Source: Escherichia coli (GTDB lineage: Bacteria; Pseudomonadota; Gammaproteobacteria; Enterobacterales; Enterobacteriaceae). Taken from it: a stretch of DNA of 64,000 nt. The notes beneath the pieces were generated by a model, which was given only the letters and a program-made list of their open reading frames with translations, did not search any database and had not been told where the DNA came from. The stretch is taken from assembly GCF_041886205.1 (NCBI RefSeq), contig NZ_CP169029.1. One strand, 5' to 3'. A program made the translations under genes and the position numbers. Of the stretch, positions 57,078-64,000 are shown in pieces (position 1 is the first letter of the stretch; the number at the start of each line of letters is the position of its first letter).

Positions 57078-58595
57078 ATGTCTGAACAACACGCACAGGG
57101 CGCTGACGCGGTAGTCGATCTTAACAATGAACTGAAAACGCGTCGTGAGAAGCTGGCGAACCTGCGTGAGCAGGGGATTGCCTTCCCGAACGATTTCCGT
57201 CGCGATCATACCTCTGACCAATTGCACGCAGAATTCGACGGTAAAGAGAACGAAGAACTGGAAGCGCTGAACATCGAAGTCGCCGTTGCTGGCCGCATGA
57301 TGACCCGCCGTATTATGGGTAAAGCGTCTTTCGTTACCCTGCAGGATGTGGGGGGCCGCATTCAGCTGTACGTTGCCCGTGACGATCTGCCGGAAGGCGT
57401 TTACAACGAGCAGTTCAAAAAATGGGACCTCGGCGACATCCTCGGCGCGAAAGGTAAACTGTTCAAAACCAAAACCGGCGAACTGTCTATCCACTGTACC
57501 GAGCTGCGTCTGCTGACCAAAGCACTGCGTCCGCTGCCGGATAAATTCCACGGCTTGCAGGATCAGGAAGCGCGCTATCGTCAGCGTTATCTGGATCTCA
57601 TCTCTAACGATGAATCCCGTAACACCTTTAAAGTGCGCTCGCAGATCCTCTCTGGTATTCGCCAGTTCATGGTGAACCGCGGCTTTATGGAAGTTGAAAC
57701 GCCGATGATGCAGGTGATCCCTGGCGGTGCCGCTGCGCGTCCGTTTATCACCCACCATAACGCGCTGGATCTCGACATGTACCTGCGTATCGCGCCGGAA
57801 CTGTACCTCAAGCGTCTGGTGGTTGGTGGATTCGAGCGTGTATTCGAAATCAACCGTAACTTCCGTAACGAAGGTATCTCCGTACGTCATAACCCAGAGT
57901 TCACCATGATGGAACTCTACATGGCTTACGCAGATTACAAAGATCTGATCGAGCTGACCGAATCGCTGTTCCGTACTCTGGCACAGGATATTCTCGGTAA
58001 GACGGAAGTGACCTACGGCGACGTAACGCTGGACTTCGGTAAACCGTTCGAAAAACTGACCATGCGTGAAGCGATCAAGAAATATCGCCCGGAAACCGAC
58101 ATGGCGGATCTGGACAACTTCGACTCTGCTAAAGCGATTGCTGAATCTATCGGCATCCACGTTGAGAAGAGCTGGGGGCTGGGCCGTATCGTTACCGAGA
58201 TCTTCGAAGAAGTGGCAGAAGCACATCTGATTCAGCCGACCTTCATTACTGAATATCCGGCAGAAGTTTCTCCGTTGGCGCGTCGTAACGACGTTAACCC
58301 GGAAATCACAGACCGCTTTGAGTTCTTCATTGGTGGTCGTGAAATCGGTAACGGCTTTAGCGAACTGAATGACGCGGAAGATCAGGCGCAGCGCTTCCTG
58401 GATCAGGTTGCCGCGAAAGATGCAGGTGACGACGAAGCGATGTTCTACGATGAAGATTACGTTACCGCACTGGAACATGGCTTACCGCCGACAGCAGGTC
58501 TGGGAATTGGTATCGACCGTATGGTAATGCTGTTCACCAACAGCCATACCATCCGCGACGTTATTCTGTTCCCGGCGATGCGTCCGGTGAAATAA
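57078..58595 (+). CDS. lysS: Lysyl-tRNA synthetase (constitutive), 505 aa
   Basis: ORF track 57078..58595; [33 protein letters not shown]. Confidence 0.97.
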
Positions 58596-58611
58596 GCATT
58601 ACGTTATGCTC

Positions 58612-58642
58612 ACAACCCCGGCAAATGTCGGGGTTTTTTTAT
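58612..58642 (+). terminator. Rho-independent terminator of prfB-lysS (overlaps the idi 3' end)
   Basis: aaccccggc-aaatgt-cggggtt followed by ttttttta. Confidence 0.75.
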
Positions 58643-59187
58643 TTAAGCTGGGTAAATGCAGATAATCGTTTTCTGGCTTCGCGATTTGTCGCCTGCATCA
58701 CCATCCACGGACTGAACGCCCACGGTGTGGCATCAATACCGTGTAATACATCTGCTAAATCACACCATTGATAATCCATCACTTCATCATCATTGATCTG
58801 TAACGCGCTGGTCGTGCGTGCGGCAAATACAGGGCACACTTCATTCTCAACAATGCCACTCGGATCGGCGGCGCGGTAGCGAAAGTCAGGATAGATAGAT
58901 TCAGGAGGCGTAATTTCCACGCCAAGCTCATAACGGCAACGGCGGATCACCGCGTCTTCGCTGCTTTCTCCCAGTTGTGGGTGCCCACAAACCGAGTTAG
59001 TCCACACGCCAGGCCATGCTTTTTTGCTCAGTGCGCGGCGGGTAACTAATAATTGACCTTTGGCATTAAACAGCCAACTGGAGAACGCGAGATGTAAGCG
59101 GGTGTCTGCCGTGTGTGCGGCATACTTTTCCAGCGTACCCGTGGGAACTCCCTGTGCATTCAATAAAATGACGTGTTCCGTTTGCAT
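58639..59187 (-). CDS. idi: Isopentenyl-diphosphate delta-isomerase (type 1, Nudix fold), 182 aa
   Basis: ORF track 58639..59187 minus; [41 protein letters not shown]. Confidence 0.95.
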   Translation of the reverse strand: MQTEHVILLNAQGVPTGTLEKYAAHTADTRLHLAFSSWLFNAKGQLLVTRRALSKKAWPGVWTNSVCGHPQLGESSEDAVIRRCRYELGVEITPPESIYPDFRYRAADPSGIVENEVCPVFAARTTSALQINDDEVMDYQWCDLADVLHGIDATPWAFSPWMVMQATNREARKRLSAFTQLK

Positions 59188-59436
59188 AATTTCTCACATG
59201 TAATTCTGATCACTCATCATTATAGATAATTGAAGAGTGAAATGATTAACCAAGTGAGCGTTTATCGACAACCGCCCGTTTTGAGCGGATGTCGACAGGT
59301 AAAAACCATTTAAAAAAGTAGCATCATATATTTGAAGCGACTTTCAATGGCCATTGCAACACAGTCAGAAATAACAGGAATAGAGAGAGTAAAAAGCAAC
59401 AGCAGACTGAATATAGCGCGCATTAAAAAATTCATA

Positions 59437-60885
59437 TTATTCTCCATGCTCATTTTTCTTCAGCTTGCGCATCAGAAGCCACATACGTACTGTCCTGACT
59501 TTTAAATCTTTATCAGAGACGGATTCCTTCACCAGGTCAGCATGATGCTGGTAGCCATTAAAGAAGACGTTCAGCACAACGGCGCTAAGGGTTGCGAGCA
59601 TAATGCCGCTATGCAGCAACGGTTGCAGTACGGCCGGTAACTTAGAAAAGAAATCGTGAGAGAGCGTCGGAGTCATGCCAACGCCGAGACTGATCGCCAC
59701 AATATAGAGGTTGTAACGGTTGGTGGTGTAGTTACAGCGCGACAGAATTCGAATCCCTGTCGCCAGTACCATGCCGAACATCACCAGACCAGCGCCGCCC
59801 AGCACAAATTGCGGAATGGAGGCTACCAGCACCGCCATTTTTGGCACCATGCCAAACAGGATTAATATAATTCCCGAAGAAATACACACCCAGCGGCTAT
59901 GAACGCGCGTCACGCTAACCAGGCCAACGTTTTGAGAAAATGACGTGTGGGGGAAGCTGTTAAACGTGCCGCCTATCATTGTCCCTACGCCATCGACACG
60001 CAGCCCGCGAATAATATCGTGTGAAGAGAGTTTACGACCGACTATTTCACCCAGTGCCAGGAACATCCCCATCGACTCGATAAACACGATGATTAACACG
60101 GCAGTCATGGTCAGAATGGAAACGGGATCGAAAATCGGCATACCAAACGACATCGGGGTGACAATCGCAAACCACGAGGCATCATGTAGCCCGGATAAAT
60201 TGACTTCATTCATCATCCACGAAAGTAAAAAGCCAAATACAATCCCCAGTAATACGGCGACGTTGGACATAAATCCTTTCGCATAGCGAGTAATGAGCAA
60301 GATAAAAATTAAGACGGCAAAGGAGATACCTAAATAAACGGGATTACCATATTGCGGATTCCCTTTACCTCCGGCGGCCCAGTCAATACCCACCTGAATG
60401 ATGCTAAGCCCGATAGAAGTAATAACCACACCGGTAACCAGTGGCGGGAATAAAGGCATCAAGCGACCGATAAGTGGCGCTAATAATGTGGTGATAAAAC
60501 CCGCGGCGATAGTGGCACCAAAGATCCCCAGCAGGCCGATATCCGGGTTCATCCCAATGGCTATCATTGGTGTTACAGCAGCAAAGGTCACCGACATAAT
60601 CACCGGCAGGCGGATCCCCATAAAGCGGCCGATACCGATACATTGCAATAATGTGACGATCCCGCAGCAAAAGAGATCCGAGCTAATGAGCATCGCAATA
60701 GCTTCTTTTGAGAGGCCCAGTCGGTCACCAATCATAAGAGGAACAGCGACTGCACCTGCGTACATGACAAGGACGTGTTGCAGACCGAGTATGATCAGCT
60801 TTCCTGGTGATAATATGCGGTCAACCTCATCAGTTGGGCGGTCTTGCCCAGAAGATGAGGGAAGTTGGGAATCTATGGCGCTCAT
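59437..60885 (-). CDS. uacT: NCS2-family nucleobase (uric acid/xanthine) permease, 482 aa
   Basis: ORF track 59437..61014 over-extends; ATG at rc 60883-60885 gives MSAIDSQLPSSSGQDRPTDEVDRILSPGKLIILGLQHVLVMYAGAVAVPLMIG. Confidence 0.92.
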   Translation of the reverse strand: MSAIDSQLPSSSGQDRPTDEVDRILSPGKLIILGLQHVLVMYAGAVAVPLMIGDRLGLSKEAIAMLISSDLFCCGIVTLLQCIGIGRFMGIRLPVIMSVTFAAVTPMIAIGMNPDIGLLGIFGATIAAGFITTLLAPLIGRLMPLFPPLVTGVVITSIGLSIIQVGIDWAAGGKGNPQYGNPVYLGISFAVLIFILLITRYAKGFMSNVAVLLGIVFGFLLSWMMNEVNLSGLHDASWFAIVTPMSFGMPIFDPVSILTMTAVLIIVFIESMGMFLALGEIVGRKLSSHDIIRGLRVDGVGTMIGGTFNSFPHTSFSQNVGLVSVTRVHSRWVCISSGIILILFGMVPKMAVLVASIPQFVLGGAGLVMFGMVLATGIRILSRCNYTTNRYNLYIVAISLGVGMTPTLSHDFFSKLPAVLQPLLHSGIMLATLSAVVLNVFFNGYQHHADLVKESVSDKDLKVRTVRMWLLMRKLKKNEHGE

Positions 60886-61320
60886 CAGTGTTTCTCCTTT
60901 CGCCCGCCAGAGTAAAAAGCAACCGTTTACGTTAATGAAACTGTCTAAACACATGCTCGTGGAGTGCCAGTTTTTGCGAGGAAGGGGAGTTAGAGACAGG
61001 AATTGCGGAGGCAATCACATAATCGTGGTTAAACCACGAAAATGAGAAGAGAACCTGACAATGGAATTATCTGTAATTTTCTCATATTGATATTTCATTA
61101 ATCATTCTGGCATGTCGCACTCTCGCATTTAATCGTTTTTATCTGGATAGCGCTCTTTTGATCGGCAATGTTGAAATAATGAAAGCGGCATAGATTGAGG
61201 GGCAATAATTTGAACTCAGTCGCAAAATTATAATTAAAACGGTCATGCTACCTAATATATGCCCGTTTATTGCATCGCGAAATTTGAGAAGACATAACTC
61301 ATTAAATGAAAGGGATGCAA

Positions 61321-61848
61321 ATGAATAAGTTTATCGCTGCTGAAGCTGCGGAATGTATAGGCTGTCATGCTTGTGAAATTGCCTGTGCGGTGGCACACAA
61401 TCAAGAAAACTGGCCGCTGAGTCACAGTGACTTTCGACCGCGTATCCACGTTGTAGGGAAAGGCCAGGCTGCGAATCCGGTGGCCTGCCATCACTGCAAC
61501 AATGCCCCTTGCGTTACGGCTTGTCCGGTTAATGCTCTGACTTTCCAGTCCGATAGCGTACAACTGGACGAGCAAAAATGTATTGGTTGTAAAAGATGCG
61601 CAATCGCTTGCCCCTTTGGCGTCGTTGAGATGGTCGATACGATTGCGCAGAAATGCGACCTTTGTAACCAGCGCAGTTCCGGCACGCAAGCCTGTATTGA
61701 AGTTTGCCCAACACAGGCGTTACGACTGATGGACGATAAAGGGTTACAGCAGATAAAGGTGGCCCGCCAGCGCAAAACGGCAGCAGGAAAAGCGTCATCA
61801 GACGCTCAGCCATCTCGCAGTGCAGCGTTGCTCCCCGTTAACTCGCGT
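61321..61848 (+). pseudogene. ygfT: N-terminal 4Fe-4S ferredoxin-domain remnant of a ygfT-like Fe-S oxidoreductase, truncated at an apparent deletion junction
   Basis: ATG at 61321 (RBS aaaggga) gives MNKFIAAEAAECIGCHACEIAC...CHHCNNAPCVTACP...CIGCKRCAIACP...CDLCNQ...CIEVCP (four Cys clusters). After about residue 176 the frame runs into the reverse complement of ygeW and translates to low-complexity sequence until the stop at 62046. The expected GltD-like flavin/NAD domain is absent. Confidence 0.55.
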
Positions 61849-62827
61849 ACAGGGCTTCGCCATCACGGGTCAGTTCCATCATCTCTTCAGTACAATGCCA
61901 GTCTTTGTGTTGCGCGTTCTGTGCCAGACACTGTTTTTCCAGTGCTTTTAAGCCTTCGTGATCGTTCGCACGCAGCAATTCAGTACGCTCTTCCATCACT
62001 TTGTAAGGTGCCCATGACTTCGGATAAACGATGTCTGCGTCTTTGAAGGCTTCTTCCATGCTGGTGACCTGACGGAAGCTACCACCGGAGGCTTTAGCAT
62101 TGTTTTTCGCCACTTCAACCACATCCGGGATCAGGTCGTAGCCTTCCGGATGGGCCAGGGTGACATCCATACCGAAGCGAGTCATCAGACCGATGATGCC
62201 TTGTGGTACAGAGAGCGGTTTGCCATAGCTTGGAGAGTAGGCCCAGGTCATGGCGATTTTTTTACCTTTCAGGTTTTCCAGTGAACCAAAGTGTTCACGT
62301 AACCACGCGAGGTCAGCCATTGACTGAGTCGGGTGGTCAATATCGCATTGCAGGTTCACTAAAGCCGGACGCTGTGGCAGTACACCCTGCTTGTAACCGT
62401 CATCAAGTGCAGCGCCAACTTCACGCATATAGGCGTTGCCTGCGCCCAGATACATATCGTCGCGAATACCAATAGCGTCGGCGCAGAAGGAGATCATATT
62501 GGCGGTTTCACGCACGGTTTCGCCGTGAGCGATTTGTGATTTGCCTTCGTCGAGATCTTGTTGTGCAAGGCCGAGCAGGTTAAGCGCGGAAGCATAAGAG
62601 AAGCGGGTACGGGTGGAGTTGTCGCGGAATACGGAAATACCTAATCCACTATTAAAGACTTTGGTTGAGATGTTTTCAGCACGCAGTGCTTTTAATGCTG
62701 CGGCAACGTCCAGTACTTGTTTCAGTTCATCTGGCGTCTGTTCCCACGTTAACAAAAAATCTTTCTCGTGAAGGTGAGAGGTCAGCGAATTGATATCCTT
62801 AATCAGCTCATTAACAGTTTTCATCAT
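61838..62827 (-). pseudogene. ygeW: Carbamoyltransferase (YgeW-like) lacking its C-terminal segment
   Basis: ORF track 61838..62827 minus (329 aa); contains the carbamoyl-phosphate-binding STRTR motif but ends ...TRDGEALYAS* with no HxLP-type C-terminal motif. Full-length YgeW is about 396 aa as recalled. Confidence 0.6.
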
Positions 62828-63302
62828 AAAGTCCCGGTAGTGGAATGACAGGCAAAGTGGTTTATTTCACTGTGACTTGCCAAAGTGATTGGTGTTTTCA
62901 CAGCTATACCTGGGACTAACAATAAGTGTGCCAGAATTATCCACGGGGCTGCAAAAGACTAATTTGACGGATAATGTGTGGGGTTGATCACAAATTGATG
63001 CCAGCTTCCGGTTGTTTGTAAAATACGAAAACGTTTGGCTTTTTTTATCGCGTTATTTATTTGCTGCTAAGTATCAGAAATAAGATAAAGGGACAGGCTA
63101 TCCCTCGTCAGTTTGATAAACTCACTGCCGTAATTCTCATATTGATATAGAAATGTGATATCTCTTCCATAATTTCATTAGAAAGTGATAAAAATCTTAT
63201 GTTTTTATCAAAGCCAATTTCGCCTGAGTTAATATCATCATGATCTGTGAACCATCAACGTCTTCAATGATCGACTTTTAAGTAAGTCTGGAAGGTAAAG
63301 CT

Positions 63303-64000
63303 ATGGAGCTTGCTACTACGCAGTCAGTATTGATGCAAATTCAACCGACAATTCAGCGTTTTGCCAGAATGCTTGCCAGCGTTTTGCAGCTTGAGGTTGA
63401 GATCGTTGATGAAAACTTGTGTCGCGTTGCCGGAACGGGCGCGTATGGGAAGTTTCTTGGTCGCCAGTTGAGCGGCAACTCACGCCTGCTCCGCCACGTC
63501 CTGGAAACGAAAACTGAAAAAGTTGTGACACAGTCTCGCTTCGATCCCCTTTGCGAAGGTTGCGATAGTAAAGAAAATTGCCGCGAAAAAGCATTTCTGG
63601 GTACGCCTGTCATTTTACAGGATCGTTGTGTTGGGGTGATAAGTTTGATTGCCGTTACCCACGAGCAACAAGAGCATATCAGTGATAATTTACGCGAATT
63701 TTCTGATTATGTTCGCCATATATCCACCATTTTTGTTTCGAAACTTCTGGAGGATCAGGGGCCAGGAGATAACATCAGTAAAATATTCGCGACCATGATC
63801 GATAATATGGATCAGGGCGTATTAGTTGTTGATGATGAAAGTCGGGTTCAGTTTGTTAATCAGACTGCCTTAAAAACACTTGGTGTTGTACAAAATAATA
63901 TTATTGGGAAACCTATCCGTTTCAGACCATTAACATTTGAGAGTAATTTTACTCATGGACATATGCAGCATATTGTTTCGTGGGACGATAAAAGTGAATT
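63303..64000 (+). CDS. ygeV: Sigma54-dependent transcriptional activator YgeV, N-terminal part (continues beyond window)
   Basis: ATG at 63303 opens a frame with no stop to the window end (MELATTQSVLMQIQPTIQRFARMLASVLQLEVEIVDENLCRVAGTGAYGKFLGRQL...); divergent from ygeW as in K-12. Not in ORF track because it lacks a stop. Confidence 0.85.
   Translation, partial: MELATTQSVLMQIQPTIQRFARMLASVLQLEVEIVDENLCRVAGTGAYGKFLGRQLSGNSRLLRHVLETKTEKVVTQSRFDPLCEGCDSKENCREKAFLGTPVILQDRCVGVISLIAVTHEQQEHISDNLREFSDYVRHISTIFVSKLLEDQGPGDNISKIFATMIDNMDQGVLVVDDESRVQFVNQTALKTLGVVQNNIIGKPIRFRPLTFESNFTHGHMQHIVSWDDKSE

Noticed and set aside
61849-62046. C-terminal extension of the 61306..62046 ORF
   Set aside because: Not an independent gene: it is the out-of-frame read-through of the ygfT remnant into the reverse complement of ygeW.
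62918-62933. Possible sigma54 promoter for ygeW (rc reads TGGCAC-N5-TTGTT)
   Set aside because: The -24 element is perfect but the -12 element lacks the conserved GC dinucleotide, which is too weak to call without a PWM scan or experimental data.

Overview
This window is a contiguous stretch of Escherichia coli core chromosome, co-linear (in reverse orientation) with the K-12 endA-galP-metK-speA-speB-tktA-cmt-epd-pgk-fbaA-mscS-argO-sbm-argP-rpiA-serA-ssrS-zapA-pepP-ubiHI-gcvTHP-bglA-ygfZ-xerD-dsbC-recJ-prfB-lysS-idi-uacT region. Gene identities were assigned by reading the supplied six-frame translations against protein families recalled from memory; no database search was run. Start codons were re-derived by hand wherever the ORF track began at an upstream alternative start. 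Nearly everything is housekeeping metabolism, and I see no phage, IS element, integrase, CRISPR array or tRNA. Three places depart from the K-12 layout as I recall it: (1) a roughly 0.9 kb insert between speA and speB carrying a 243-aa predicted lipoprotein of unknown function, insulated by terminators on both sides; (2) two tandem copies (391-bp period) of the Ibs/Sib type I toxin-antisense module between serA and ygfA, where K-12 has one; (3) an apparent clean deletion junction near 61.85 kb that leaves only the N-terminal ferredoxin part of ygfT converging on a 3'-truncated ygeW, implying loss of the intervening purine-catabolism-like cluster. The lipoprotein is the only candidate for something undescribed; I could not place it in any family, and the rest is known biology.
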